IMG/VR virus record: IMGVR_UViG_3300017818_000007
Coordinates: 117,868-181,867 of that record
DNA length: 64,000 bases
Reading direction: 5' to 3' (one strand)
From: a virus
Of this stretch, positions 12,001 through 20,314 are shown one piece after another. Below the pieces are notes generated by a model, which had not been told where the DNA came from, did not search any database, and saw only the letters and a program-made list of their open reading frames with translations. A program made the position numbers and the translations under genes. Position 1 is the first letter of the stretch; each line of letters begins with the position of its first letter.

Positions 12001-13472
12001 ATGCAATGGTAGTAGTTGAAGCAAATGGTAGAAGATTGAGAGCACCAGACACAATTTATTATGTTGCTAACGGAGTGACTCTAGATTATCTAGCAAGTCA
12101 AGATCCAGAGTATCCAGCATTTAGTTTGGCACTTGGTGAATTAGAAGTTCATCAGAACGGTGTTAGACTTGAACCAATTTCAGATTATCAGTTTAATACT
12201 GCAACAAACCTTGTCACTTTCTATCAAGGTAGATTACAAGCAGGCGATGTAATTGCAATCACAGTATTACGTGGTCATGATTATGAAATTAGAAAACACG
12301 ATGATGACGATAGTTCAAATGCAGGATATATCAAAATTATTAACAACAGTGCAGAAGATAGTACCGGAGTTGGTGAAGGAACAATTCTTAAAATTACAAG
12401 TTTCACAAATCACGATGCTAACCTAATGCGTAAAGAAGTATTTGCAGGAAATACAGGCGGAAATTATAAGTTAAGCAGAAAAGCAATTGATGTTGCATAT
12501 GTTTGGGTAGAGTTGAATAATATTCCTCTTGTAGCAGATGCAGATTACAAAATTTTAGATGATGGATATACCGTTTATATTGACAACAAGTTTTCACAAA
12601 AATCAACTGATAGAGTAGTAATAACTTCGTTTAGTGAAGATAGAACACACGACGGTATTGGATTTACTATTTTTGAAGATATGCTTAACAGACATCACTT
12701 TAAGAGAATTAGTAAACAAGATACTACTGTGTTAACTACAAAATTATTGTTAGGTGATACAGAAATTTCTGTACAAGACGCAAGTTTCTTTGATACGCCA
12801 AGTCCAGAAAAACGTGTTCCTGGCGTAATATTTGTTGGTAAAGAAAGAATAGAATTTTACAAAATTAACGGTAATAAGTTATCACAGATAACAAGAGGTA
12901 CACTTGGTACAGGAATTGCTGAACATCCAGTTGGAACACAGGTGTTTGATGCAGGACCAACACAAACTGTACCATATAAAGAATCATTAAGCGTATATGA
13001 AATAATTGTACGTGATGGATTACCAAACGGTAAATCAGTACACGTTTTGGAAACAATTAACTTCTCAGGAAGTGTTAATGCACACGATCAAGTAGAAGTT
13101 TATGTAGGGGGCAGAAAACTACAAAAACCAACAGTTTCTGCTAATCCAATTACAAAACACGATCCATCTATCGCTTATGATAGTGAAGAAACAAACAGCC
13201 TAGGTGTTGCTAGTGATGTAGTTCAACTACCAGAATTTACTATTGAACCAGTTGAAGATAGTACAGCAAAAGGCTATTATAAACTAATATTAAGGGACGA
13301 ACCAGAGAACGGAACCGAGATTAAAGTGGTGCAAAAGCAGGGTCATGTATGGTATACAGCAGGTGTTAGCACTGCATCTAACGGTGTCACACTACAAAGA
13401 GCAGAATCTCCGCAGGCTAATTTCTTGCTAGAGAGGTCCTCTGGTTTACCTATAATAAATATTAAGGAATAG
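3..13472 (+). CDS. Giant virion structural protein (baseplate wedge/tail-associated), 5'-truncated; contains an N-terminal cupredoxin-like motif, FG-GAP-like beta-propeller repeats and an inserted YHYH domain
   Basis: Frame is open from nt 3 (PQGPDPVSISGDPGN...), so the track start at 93 is not the true start. Motifs: GHPF...YYACQYHQSM; repeated (F/L)GSS(V/L)...(V/I)GAP...GAVY units (~5850-7160); YHYH motif with GYAFDGFPIYGPYG (~9560-10270). Lies directly upstream of the tail-fibre genes. Confidence 0.8.
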   Translation, partial: PQGPDPVSISGDPGNTQSEYSVSNSGENSFVFTPNGFSENPTVILYRGGTYKFKVNAQGHPFFIKTANTVGIGDQYNNGVENNGAEQGTITFTVPVDAPDLLYYACQYHQSMQGVLEIRNTSDDLSIDVEEDIISKATFKSANGVQLTNGMKVNFVGDVLPTKYRNKNWYVEGVGESIVLIDETELDTPELYAKNEEYEFDVDPFDDTPYDDTENSPLTAEYITINRSSKDKNPWSRYNRWVHKDVIELSAEYNNTSPVLDENYRAVRPIIEFKPNLKLVNFGTNGIGNIDLIDTDTKDAMSDVEGSFGYHVDEVLLRKGMRVIFNADPDITVKGKVYEVDFVEHNGVKRVHLEEVYEPLVNDSVVATSGETHQGSSWHFDGTSWINGQQKTILNQSPLFDLYDSAGNSFADTDYYFSSTFNGNKLASYKIGTGSDDPVLGFPIAYQNINNVGDITFEFNWDDGLFTYQEGTTQKTVDTASGLVKDYAKDKFISGWELVKGKQTVQRILQVVDTVIDTDTVAVNAINQPHKYDLDIVVEYNGKTYKETTDFEKVIDRERQIYELKFNSIIPQGTRITLKIKTNQKPNENGFYEPPINLTNNSENNDLKTFTLGSVSDHFKTIFQNNSFITGNSVGPNNSRDISEIHLDGSRYVKHKGSVLPAIMFLVQENLNFVNSMRKNANDYNFFKDQFIEKAGEIERTTSVANDVDKILYELGSNKITTSPYFYSDMAGFGRKVERLEFEVKNGTQNVFAINNAFDTTKVSDRAVYVYLNDVQLYLDADYEFDAVDNTVTIKKELSVGDKVKVNDYDTTGNVIPHSPTKLGLYPAYVPEIFVDSSYINPTKVIQGHDGSITKAYNDERDELILELEKRIYNNLKVKYNRDVFDILKEQPGHYRPDAYTRDEFNKVLRTDFGYWKSLFDVDFETNNVSQSGDAFTYNFNTMINLQDQKLPGNWRAIYKDYFDTDRPHTHPWEMLGITLKPTWWDEQYGEAPYTSGNNLLWNDIERGLVRDPNGTKIYPAYARPNLSKNLPVDEYGELIDPSKINIVKAIFITEIKNAWKFGDEGPAETAWRKSSWFPFALQVAVGLTKPAQYFGSLFDVNQNEITPSGNVVYADNGKIFSLKEAKIKDLRFNNERFLGLGYHVPIVEYIKSFDKDVKETFYDYLTNTSSNLTYKLGGFANKNRLRVLAESSNPNTADNSIFLPSENYQLTLRKSNPIRNVRVSGIIVEKTAKGFLVRGYDNIKPWFSIYKPKHGKNDIAVNVGGKQAKFVIWDSEKFYGKGQIVEFGGEYYRVSINHTSTETFDNSKFTKLGELPVTGGTEVAKAKAFESKITEVSYGTVYPRAQEVYDVILGYQEYLKEQGFVFDIFQRETATIQDWDLSGREFLYWTTQNWAEGSVISLSPFADSLSFEYKYATVDNVLNSFYEYSILSANGTPLPKDNISIVRGSGKFNITTKNTQRGIFFAVLNLVQWEHIVVFDDKSQFGDVIYDQEAGYRQKRIKLVGFKTSEWDGDYVSPGFVFDEAVVADYIDGKDYNLGDVVRHKSKFYSAKKFLPATKAFNFSEWVFIGDKPVAELLPNLDYKASSYEDFYSLESENFDSETTKLSQHLTGYQKRLYLDNMVRDDIAQYKFYSGFIKEKGTRNSLEKLNRLTIDGTSTDLSITDNWAIKIGSLGSGSTTKELEVVLSEKDNVENPQAYEFVTAKTSNSDTNTIELLSSDLTLKPDNFSVDVWKNFDTTQDGVSLNSIQKIPTAGFARLDDVDHTVFNSEDLLTDTTLPTLNEGASVWVARDKSDTWNIYRLTANRARLVQTEDNQVSVDNGTITLHTNIPHGLKEGDTIVIKQFDNQINGTHLVNSVLGLTSFTITTELLTITLAEDSASGTILELLPVRVSSPDKINDIKDVAEFAEGTKIWADDVSDGTWRVFEKTKAYAENQVQLIASDAKTYASTVKYGDQGRTIVVGNPGQTVEGAVLILRRKFNTDISTLEGSSGFNISESLVDQLVSPSVPAGLGSSLSLSQTTNTLVAGAPYASFVKTITDPEKPRFNTVGLTGTASSYTKQGVVKLSTYNSLTNIYDPTHIIASPRPANNEEFGSSVAVSDTRMVVGAPGRANNAGGVYVYTKGTNGWDLNAEWELTAPSDHPNDRFGEKLTASIDMSILAVSARNKELESDSTTVDTGAVYIYYWDGTGYNLIQTIDATTVDTLSKSDLFGSSLSLSRNGDVLVIGAPLNDDDSINQGAVYVFERQTQGDSTVGYTYKQKLTSPTNLSGEQFGSNVSVNPDGLSFAVAGKGGSNSAITLFDNNETSFDAKSTSFVDTETGTGSVYTFTKLGTTYVFGQKLSSNDLQSNDAFGTGLDFSTTSLYVGAPYFTYNGNDTGMLFVYQKEASAGWNTLRQQDSLTDPFSVEKVMTYRTDSQTVVDFLETIDPIKGKIPYIAETEISYKSAKDPAIYTTSDRGLNVDPDTNWGATHVGQIWWDLSTVRYVWYEQGDVEFRKNNWGGLFPGSTIDIYEWVESDLSPEEWNNISDTTEGIAAGFSGQSKYDNNTFVLKRVYDTATNNFVNRYYYWVKNNVLLPQRVSTQIAVGLSEKIAVDTRRLPANEIANVIADPKGYGIKSLQLLDTNSFSLTNIKTSLSDTDVSLNVQYKKVKTNIPNHNSWLLLDEQQRDKIDNPLLIKKLYDSLVGFDDAGNTVPDSQLPVQKKYGLQIRPRQSMFVNRLGALETLFTYTNNLLAKSRIVDEKDLSGLFESDPQPTLISGRYDVKVDEFNDLDNIKTQDLEQATATATIVNGRVKSVEITNPGFGYVNPPNIEITTEGWGAKFQSTIDAQGRVTSIEVLKEGRDYTNGAIRIRPFKVLVDADSTANNYWTMYEWNIASEEWIRTNTQTYDVNRFWKYKDYVVEGFDVDSIIDFKVAEPYLLKTITPATGQLVEVANVGDGNKIVLRKVEANGTWNNNYDILFKANSTIEFDSSIYDYTGLNFGFAGAENFDINLYDEQPTQETRVILEQLYSNIFVDDLKYAWNEFLFTAIRYAISEQTFTDWAFKTSLISVKNNLGGFTKKINYNLDDPGNIQSYVEEIKPYSVTIKDMITSYNNREPSSIFTTDFDLPSRYNETKEEFEVLNETSEDITTEPFNQWFENYKFNVDSIEIAEAGDGYTQRPIVVISGGREDKPAIVQTTPFRVLTTTDYDNLYVYVNTTSVPDHFFNTTNVVSQNLVYQIPRFPSVPEVKVPTPLGAIGVAVNGVSIFNPSSAVTELLNGTTYTVNAVFSHEELGIDDGSGHPQEDGIYHYHSDPTFMYTKDPENHSPILGYAFDGFPIYGPYGFIATNDKTVKLIKSSYKLRTTPRADGSMPTGRYNEDYEFVQGHGDLDENNGRFIQTPEYPQGTYAYFITVDEQDDGTFEPAFPYIVGPHYHGNPLLPNGNGKMPQSGNINATATAYISRNKVNKIVVENPGAGYVSAPTVTITGGGNTTSTAKAVAILENNKVRTNKTELKFDRIGSTGIIADEEYVDTYTAKSGQVVYKLTYLPTLDKRDFVISVNNEAIFVENFDVSIETLTDKTYKKQVGHVVLKTLPKERSTVTITYKKNVKLMNAIDRINYFYEPTAGMPGKDPAQLMYGIEYPGVKVQGLDFGVSVGWDGLPWFSHGWDTFSGGNTDYAFRADGVATSFTLPYAPKQDEKINVYFDGVRQDPNNTPTIVGDGNTTAFTLNATPADGVLVVFRPEDSDGSVVPTDVNNLDTIIQGGNLSYSTATGQTPEEISLQGDGFVTPDTSHAPEEVVPGQIFDSLAMKVYNAPADGSPIIDITRHWGDGSETEFTFNKYPGTTDSIIVTVGPSNPTPTDTATRSSSYKVLGTDYTVDYANKKITLTSAPTDGQLVTITTLNVGGSEILEKEDYVDSGDSTIEFVLTSKYEDVKSAFVTVNGVKQDYAIYEDTDSGSAKIVLTNPPNDMTDAVTQITALSGLEKTYSEVVTDVHEVQSNDGLTYDLSQVPGNIEPFHAMVVVEANGRRLRAPDTIYYVANGVTLDYLASQDPEYPAFSLALGELEVHQNGVRLEPISDYQFNTATNLVTFYQGRLQAGDVIAITVLRGHDYEIRKHDDDDSSNAGYIKIINNSAEDSTGVGEGTILKITSFTNHDANLMRKEVFAGNTGGNYKLSRKAIDVAYVWVELNNIPLVADADYKILDDGYTVYIDNKFSQKSTDRVVITSFSEDRTHDGIGFTIFEDMLNRHHFKRISKQDTTVLTTKLLLGDTEISVQDASFFDTPSPEKRVPGVIFVGKERIEFYKINGNKLSQITRGTLGTGIAEHPVGTQVFDAGPTQTVPYKESLSVYEIIVRDGLPNGKSVHVLETINFSGSVNAHDQVEVYVGGRKLQKPTVSANPITKHDPSIAYDSEETNSLGVASDVVQLPEFTIEPVEDSTAKGYYKLILRDEPENGTEIKVVQKQGHVWYTAGVSTASNGVTLQRAESPQANFLLERSSGLPIINIKE

Positions 13473-13475
13473 ACA

Positions 13476-14135
13476 ATGTCAAACGAGGATAAAAAGTTGG
13501 AACAAATGCCAAAAGAAAACAAAAAACCAAATGAAAATACAGGTGTATTAATGGAAGGCCACATTAAGATCTTTGATCCAAAAAGTGGAGAAATACTAGT
13601 GAATAAGCGTAATGCTATTCATTACGAAAACATGAGTATTTCACTAGCAGAATCACTTGGAAATGAAGGGCGTGGAAACATCGTTGAAATGGCATTTGGC
13701 AATGGTGGAACAACAGTAGATCCAACAGGAATTATCACTTATTTGACTCCAAATAATACAGGCGTTAATGCTTCATTGTACAATCAAACATACTATAAAA
13801 CAGTTGATGATAACAATGTTAACAACACAGATCCTGCAAGAAACTTCATCGAAACACGTCATACCTTAGGTACAACATATACAGACATTTTAGTAAGTTG
13901 TTTATTAGACTACGGTGAACCAACAGGACAACAGGCATTTGATAACAGCACAAACTTAGATGGTAATTTTGTTTTTGACGAACTAGGTTTAAGAGCATAC
14001 AGCACCGAAGGTGCTAATGAAGGCAGACTTCTAACACACGTAATTTTCCACCCTGTACAAAAGTCACTAAACAGACTTATACAGATTGATTACACAGTTA
14101 GAATACAGAGTTTAACTAACTTGAGCGAGAATTAA
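13476..14135 (+). CDS. Conserved baseplate/tail-associated protein (219 aa)
   Basis: Intact ORF with GGAAT RBS, tightly packed between the giant structural gene and the tail-fibre paralogs; function inferred from context. Confidence 0.55.
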   Translation: MSNEDKKLEQMPKENKKPNENTGVLMEGHIKIFDPKSGEILVNKRNAIHYENMSISLAESLGNEGRGNIVEMAFGNGGTTVDPTGIITYLTPNNTGVNASLYNQTYYKTVDDNNVNNTDPARNFIETRHTLGTTYTDILVSCLLDYGEPTGQQAFDNSTNLDGNFVFDELGLRAYSTEGANEGRLLTHVIFHPVQKSLNRLIQIDYTVRIQSLTNLSEN

Positions 14136-14138
14136 TAG

Positions 14139-16127
14139 ATGGCGTACACAGTAAATTTTACAAACGCAGTTCAAAAGACACCAATTACTGTAGATGACAA
14201 CAGTAGGAACACTTCTGATACGTCATTAACACTTATTGGTAGAAACGAACCTAGTTATGGACAAAGCATTGCAGAAAACTTTGTTCACGTATTAGAAAAT
14301 TTTGCAAATCCAACAGCACCTAATAATCCAATTGAAGGTCAGTTGTGGTATGACAGTGCAACAAACAGATTACAGATTAATGACTCAACCGCAGGCGCCG
14401 CTAATTGGCGACCAGCAGGTGGTGTTCATGTAAGTGCAACCGAACCACAAAATCCATTACAAGGTGATGTTTGGGTTGACACAACAAACTCACAACTATA
14501 TTTGTTTACAGCAAGTCAGTTTCAATTAGTTGGTCCAAACTTTAGTGGAGGACTTAAATCAGGTGCTCAAGCAGAACAGGTAGTTGATACTAAAGGTGAA
14601 ACACACACTATTGTAAAAAATTATGTTGACGACAAAGTAGTCACTATTATTTCAAAAGATCAGTTTATTCCTAAACAAGTAATTGAAGGATTTACAGAAC
14701 TATTTCCTGGTATTAATATTTCAGCAAAAGATTTTGATGGTAATGGAATTGTTCTTAACAAACTTCATGCTAGTGCAACTAAGGCAGATGCATTAAGTGT
14801 CACACAACCAGCAGTAGAAATTGTAAATGCAAATAACTTTTTAAGAAGTGATATTACTGATACAATGAACGGACAGTTATATGTACGTAATGACGGTGGT
14901 GTCACAATTGGTTCAAACCAAATCTTTAATTTAGAAATTGCAGATAATAATGCTGTTATTAAAAACAATTCAGTAGATGGTAGTATTGACATTTCAGTAT
15001 TTCCAAATGATACAGGAACAATTGAAACAATGGCTCGTTTTGATGGAGCCAATAAACGTTTAGGTATTAACACACTAAGTCCGGTCACAACATTAGATGT
15101 TCATGGTACTGGTCACTTCACTGAACGTTTAACTTGTAGTTCAGACGAAGAAGCAACAAGTACTACAACAGGTAGTATTACAACCGGTGGCGGCATTGGT
15201 GTTGCTAAACAATTATTTGTTGGCGGAAACTTAACAACCTACGGACACTTTAGAGTAGGTGAAAATGATCCATCAGATAATGCTACAGGTATTGCACCAA
15301 GTGTTGACGACAAACTTACTATTGGTACACCTAGTTTAAGATTTAAAAACGTACACTCAGAAATATTTACAGGTAGACTAGTTGGAACAATGGTTGGTGA
15401 TGTCACAGGTAATGTTAATGGTACAGCAGATAGACTAGTTGCTAGTACAACATTTAAAATTACTGGACACATGGCTGATGCAACAGGATTCAGTTATGAT
15501 GGACAAACAGGTGGAACAGAAAAAACATTTGATGTCACACTAACACAAGATGCTATTGATGAGCAGACAGAAACAACAGAAACACAAACTACAGAAGACT
15601 ATGTTTTAGTTTCAAGAGATAATGTTGGACTAAGAAAAGTACAGTATAAAAACTTCTTTGCTGGAGCACCAACTGTTCCAGTAGGAGGAATTATGCCGTA
15701 TGCAGGACAAACTGCACCAATAGGATATTTGTTATGTGATGGTTCTGAAGTACCTATTGCAAGTTATCAAGCATTATTCCAAGCAATTGGTACTACATAC
15801 GGAACAGGTATTAATCCAAACACATTTAAACTTCCAGACCTACGTGGTAGATTCCCACTAGGTAAAGATAATATGGACAACGGGTTAACTGTACAGGATA
15901 CAGATAACAACGCTGTTGATGCAGGTGGTGGCAGTGTTGGTAGAGTCACAGATACTGCGGCAGAATCACTTGCTGGTACAGGTGGTAGTGAACTTAAAAA
16001 CATTACAGACAATGCAATTGGACAAGGTACACAATATACACAAAATACTGGTACTGGTGTTTATAGTGATATTAACGTAATGAATCCATTCTTAACATTG
16101 AATTATATCATAAGGGCAGAAGACTAA
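14139..16127 (+). CDS. Tail fibre protein 1 with C-terminal phage tail-collar domain
   Basis: Shared N-terminal module (LIGRN..YGQ..AENF...LENFA...P..GQLWYD) and C-terminal collar motif PVGGIMPYAGQTAPIGYLLCDG...LPDLRGRF. Confidence 0.8.
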   Translation: MAYTVNFTNAVQKTPITVDDNSRNTSDTSLTLIGRNEPSYGQSIAENFVHVLENFANPTAPNNPIEGQLWYDSATNRLQINDSTAGAANWRPAGGVHVSATEPQNPLQGDVWVDTTNSQLYLFTASQFQLVGPNFSGGLKSGAQAEQVVDTKGETHTIVKNYVDDKVVTIISKDQFIPKQVIEGFTELFPGINISAKDFDGNGIVLNKLHASATKADALSVTQPAVEIVNANNFLRSDITDTMNGQLYVRNDGGVTIGSNQIFNLEIADNNAVIKNNSVDGSIDISVFPNDTGTIETMARFDGANKRLGINTLSPVTTLDVHGTGHFTERLTCSSDEEATSTTTGSITTGGGIGVAKQLFVGGNLTTYGHFRVGENDPSDNATGIAPSVDDKLTIGTPSLRFKNVHSEIFTGRLVGTMVGDVTGNVNGTADRLVASTTFKITGHMADATGFSYDGQTGGTEKTFDVTLTQDAIDEQTETTETQTTEDYVLVSRDNVGLRKVQYKNFFAGAPTVPVGGIMPYAGQTAPIGYLLCDGSEVPIASYQALFQAIGTTYGTGINPNTFKLPDLRGRFPLGKDNMDNGLTVQDTDNNAVDAGGGSVGRVTDTAAESLAGTGGSELKNITDNAIGQGTQYTQNTGTGVYSDINVMNPFLTLNYIIRAED

Positions 16128-17962
16128 TGGCATATAACGTTAATAAAACAGACGGAACATTATTAACAACTGTTGTAGACGGAACAGTTGATACAACTTC
16201 TGCAGATATTGCTTTAGTTGGTAGAAGGTTTAGTAATTACGGCGAAGTTTTAAACGAAAATTTAATTAAAATTCTTGAAAGTTTTGCTAATACAACAGCA
16301 CCTGATAATCCTTTAGAAGGACAAATTTGGTACGATAAACTTGAAGGACGTTTAAAAGTTTATACAGGAACTACATTTAAACCAACTGGTGGACCGCTAG
16401 TTGAGGAAACTCAACCGCAAGGGTTAGTTAAAGGCGACCTTTGGATGGATTCACTTAACAATCAATTATACTTTTACGACGGTGTTGACTTAGGACTTGC
16501 AGGTCCAATTTATACTTCAGCACAAGGTAAACACGGTTGGATTGTTGAAACTGTTGTTGATTCAAACGATAACGGTCGCTCAATTACAAAACTTTTTGTT
16601 AATGATTTGCTTGTGGGTATTTTAAGTAGATATGCGTTTACTCCTAAAGTAGCAATTACAGGGTTTGCAAGTATTAAAGTAGGATTAAACTTTAGTTCAA
16701 CAGTTGACGGATTAAAGTTTCATGGTACAGCAGGGTCGGCAGATACTATTGCAGGTATTGATCCTGGTAATTTCCTACGTGCAGATATTGCTTCAACATC
16801 GCAATCACAGTTAAGTATTAAAAATGATGCTGGTCTAGTTATTGGTGGTGAACAAGATCTTAATATTGAAATTGTAGGTGATGTCACAACATTTAAAAAT
16901 AACCTACAAAACAAAGATTTTAAAATTCAAGTTAACTCGCAAGGTAATGGCGGTATTATTGACGCACTAGAAATTGATTCTAGTCTAATGAAAGTTAACA
17001 TTTTTAAAGATAAAACTTCAAGTGAAGTTGAATTAGGTGGTAGTTTAGTTGTACAACAGAATCTAACTGTAAACGGAACAACAACGTTTGTTGATTCGCA
17101 AAATTTAAGAGTAGCAGATAAAAATATTGAACTTGCTTATGCTAGTGGATCTGAATCAGATGTACTTGCTGACGGTGGTGGATTAACACTTAGAGGTGAT
17201 ACTGATCACACGTTTGCGTGGAGTAGAACAGACGAAGCATGGGAAAGTTCAGAATCGATTAGTATCGCCGCTGGTAAAGAGTTTAGAATTGCTGAAAACA
17301 ATATTATTAACACAACAACTATTGGTCCTAGTGTTGTAAATTCTAATTTACAAAATGTTGGCGTTCTTACAGAATTGCAAGTTGACGACATCGATATTAA
17401 TGGTACAACTATTGGTACAAGAAACACCGACGGAGATTTAAACTTTGATATTTGGGGTACAGGAAATATTGTACTTAACCCAAGAAATACAGTAGAAACT
17501 CAAATTAAAGGTGTTCAAGATCCAACTGACGCACAAGACGTTGGTACAAAAAATTATATTGACAGTGAAATTAGAACAAGAACACTGTTTATGACAATTA
17601 ACACAACTGGTATTGCAGATAAAACATCAGCAGTAGACGGTTTACCGTTTATTATGAACACACTTGCTCCGGCAAGCAATTTTGACAACGGTGCAACTGC
17701 AAGAATTTTAGCAGAAGATTTAACACTCGCTGGCGCACAAACTAATATTAACGTGACGTCTATTCCTACAGGAACAACAAACACATTATTAATTGGTCAA
17801 ACAACAGTTGATCAAAATGGAGTGCTGAACAGTGAAAGTGTTTTATCAAGTGTAGCATTTCCAGATGGTATTACACTGTCAGGTAGTGCATTAGGTGTGG
17901 TAAGATCATACCATTTATTAACAGTGAGCGGAGGGGCTTGGACTTACACCCAAGCGTTATAA
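16127..17962 (+). CDS. Tail fibre protein 2 (paralog)
   Basis: Same N-terminal module as genes at 14139, 17972 and 21294; TAATG-coupled to the upstream gene. Confidence 0.72.
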   Translation: MAYNVNKTDGTLLTTVVDGTVDTTSADIALVGRRFSNYGEVLNENLIKILESFANTTAPDNPLEGQIWYDKLEGRLKVYTGTTFKPTGGPLVEETQPQGLVKGDLWMDSLNNQLYFYDGVDLGLAGPIYTSAQGKHGWIVETVVDSNDNGRSITKLFVNDLLVGILSRYAFTPKVAITGFASIKVGLNFSSTVDGLKFHGTAGSADTIAGIDPGNFLRADIASTSQSQLSIKNDAGLVIGGEQDLNIEIVGDVTTFKNNLQNKDFKIQVNSQGNGGIIDALEIDSSLMKVNIFKDKTSSEVELGGSLVVQQNLTVNGTTTFVDSQNLRVADKNIELAYASGSESDVLADGGGLTLRGDTDHTFAWSRTDEAWESSESISIAAGKEFRIAENNIINTTTIGPSVVNSNLQNVGVLTELQVDDIDINGTTIGTRNTDGDLNFDIWGTGNIVLNPRNTVETQIKGVQDPTDAQDVGTKNYIDSEIRTRTLFMTINTTGIADKTSAVDGLPFIMNTLAPASNFDNGATARILAEDLTLAGAQTNINVTSIPTGTTNTLLIGQTTVDQNGVLNSESVLSSVAFPDGITLSGSALGVVRSYHLLTVSGGAWTYTQAL

Positions 17963-17971
17963 GGATAAGAT

Positions 17972-20314
17972 ATGCCATATACTATTAACAGAACAGACGG
18001 AACAACGTTAGTCACACTAGCAGATGGTGTAGTTGATACAACTACGGACCTACAACTAGTTGGTCGTAATGTTGCTGGATACGGTGAAATACAAAATGAG
18101 AATTTTGTTAAATTATTAGAAAATTTTGCTTCAACTACTAAACCACCTAAGGCGCAAGTAGGTCAAGTATGGTTTGATAAAACTGTAAACACACTTCGTC
18201 CTGCTGTTTTTGATGGTGTAGAGTGGAGACAGGTTGGATTATTAGAAGTTTCTGATCTAGAACCAAGCAATAGAAAAGAAGGTGACCTTTGGTGGGACTC
18301 AGATAACAATCAATTATATGCTTGGACAGCAGACGGCAATGAACATATTCTAGTTGGACCACAAGATTTAAAAGGTTATGAATTTACGCAATGGCGTAGT
18401 ATTCTTTTAACTGATGATCAAGGAACAAAACATCCTGTAATGGCAGGATATATTCATAACGTAATATATGCGATTGTTGCAGATACAGAATTTACTATTG
18501 ATCAAGCAGTCACACCAGTACCTAACTTTACAAAATGTTATAGAGGCACAACATTAAAAGGAACTAATTCAAACGGTGTAAGCACAGACACAAAACATCA
18601 CGGTACTGCTACTGATGCAGACAGATTAGTAGGCAAAGCCGGCGACACTTATGATAATAGATTAGAAAATGAAACTATTGCAGGTGTTTACAGTTTCCAA
18701 AACAATAATGGTATTAATGTTGGTCCTAATGATGAACTAAAAATTAATGTTGATAGTGTAAGTGGTAATGCAGGAATCAATAACGAAACAAATGATGTAT
18801 TATCATTTGGTGTAAACTATACAGGCAGTGGTGCAGACAAGACAGTTTTTTATATTGAAGGTAAAGATGTAAAACCTTATGCAGACAATGAAGTAAACTT
18901 AGGTGCACCTACAATGAAATATAGAAACATCTACGCAGATGCTATATTTTCAAACGTAGTTGGTGATGCTTTAGGTAATTTTAGTGGTACACTTACAGGT
19001 AGTGTTAACGGTAATGTAAGCGGAAACGTCACAGGAAACGTCACAGGTAATACAACAGGTACTGTAAATGCAACTGGCGGCAAGATTGTATTAGATAATG
19101 ATAGAGTTATTGCTTTAGTAGATGCAGGACAAGACGGTGTATCTGGAACATACGAAGGTTTCTTAGATGGAACATCAAGATATGTACTTGACGGTATGTA
19201 TAGATCAAACAACCAAACAATTAGCGGTACTAAAACATTTACAGCAACACAAGTTTTTAATGCGGCAGTTAATGTAAACCATACGTTAAGTGCAGACAAC
19301 GTTAATATTACCGAAGGTACTATTGGTAGCAATGGAAATACAACACTTTTACAATATGTAAAAGTTGATAATTCAAATATTGAAGATACTAACTTAGTTA
19401 GGGTTGTGATTGATGATGGTTCAAGAATTGAAAACAGTGCGTTAGGTACAGTAGGTATTCTTTCAAATGTAAAATCTACTAAATTTACTGATGCAAATAA
19501 CAAGTCTTTTAAATTTATTTCAGATGACGGAACGTTTAACAGTGCTGATAACGATACTGTTGTCACTCAATTAGCAATTAAACAGTATGTAGATGAAAAA
19601 GTTGGCGCTATTCCAAAAGATTTAACATTCCATTTAGATACTAGAGATATGAATCTAGATGCAGTTAAAGCACAACTTGAAAGACTTGCTCCTGCAACAC
19701 AATATTCTGCAGGTACTAAAGCAAGAATTTTAGGATCACATTACTTTTCAAGTTTACCTTCAGGACAGTTCTATCGTAGATTTGGAGTATTCAGTGGTAT
19801 AAGGTATGGTATTGGTTTTATTGGCGGTCGAGCATACAGTTATGTAGGTGTAAAAGCAAATGTCACAGATTTAATTAATGCTAAAAGTGCAATTACAGGA
19901 TATGAATTTGTTAAAAAAGGAATTGGTGTTCCAACAACACAACTTAGTAATGTCACCGCAGATCCGTTCTTAGATGATTTTGCGGATTCTTATTGGATTA
20001 CAACTGACAGAGGACTAACACAAAATCAAGCAGACTATATTGGTCTTCCACAAGGTGTTGGTGCAAGGGTTCTTGTTATTCAGGATGGTGTTATAGTAGG
20101 ATACGGATTTGACCCATCGGCTGTTTTATTAGACGGTATTAAATCAGATACTTTACTAGGTCGCCAAACTTATACTGGAAATGACTATGTAGTTGAATGG
20201 TTCCAACTAGGAGGAATTTTTAGTGGAGATCCTAACACACAGTTTAGTACATACAGTTATGATATAACTAAAACTATTTTAAGTGGTAGTTGGGAATTTG
20301 TAGGATATTTTTAA
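17972..20314 (+). CDS. Tail fibre protein 3 (paralog) with GNVT repeats
   Basis: Shared N-terminal module; GNVSGNVTGNVTGNTTG repeats typical of fibre shafts. Confidence 0.72.
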   Translation: MPYTINRTDGTTLVTLADGVVDTTTDLQLVGRNVAGYGEIQNENFVKLLENFASTTKPPKAQVGQVWFDKTVNTLRPAVFDGVEWRQVGLLEVSDLEPSNRKEGDLWWDSDNNQLYAWTADGNEHILVGPQDLKGYEFTQWRSILLTDDQGTKHPVMAGYIHNVIYAIVADTEFTIDQAVTPVPNFTKCYRGTTLKGTNSNGVSTDTKHHGTATDADRLVGKAGDTYDNRLENETIAGVYSFQNNNGINVGPNDELKINVDSVSGNAGINNETNDVLSFGVNYTGSGADKTVFYIEGKDVKPYADNEVNLGAPTMKYRNIYADAIFSNVVGDALGNFSGTLTGSVNGNVSGNVTGNVTGNTTGTVNATGGKIVLDNDRVIALVDAGQDGVSGTYEGFLDGTSRYVLDGMYRSNNQTISGTKTFTATQVFNAAVNVNHTLSADNVNITEGTIGSNGNTTLLQYVKVDNSNIEDTNLVRVVIDDGSRIENSALGTVGILSNVKSTKFTDANNKSFKFISDDGTFNSADNDTVVTQLAIKQYVDEKVGAIPKDLTFHLDTRDMNLDAVKAQLERLAPATQYSAGTKARILGSHYFSSLPSGQFYRRFGVFSGIRYGIGFIGGRAYSYVGVKANVTDLINAKSAITGYEFVKKGIGVPTTQLSNVTADPFLDDFADSYWITTDRGLTQNQADYIGLPQGVGARVLVIQDGVIVGYGFDPSAVLLDGIKSDTLLGRQTYTGNDYVVEWFQLGGIFSGDPNTQFSTYSYDITKTILSGSWEFVGYF
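19028..19059 (+). repeat. 32-nt exact repeat, copy 1 (GTCACAGGAAACGTCACAGGTAATACAACAGG)
   Basis: Identical to 22287-22318 in tail fibre 4; encodes VTGNVTGNTTG. Confidence 0.85.

Noticed and set aside
18990-19070. Short tandem GGAAACGTCACA-type repeats
   Set aside because: Coding GNVT repeats with no spacers; not a CRISPR array
18931-19566. 211-aa ORF antisense to tail fibre 3, and the many other 60-170-aa opposite-strand ORFs in the track
   Set aside because: They are fully nested antisense to well-supported genes, lack RBSs, and have shadow-like low-complexity composition
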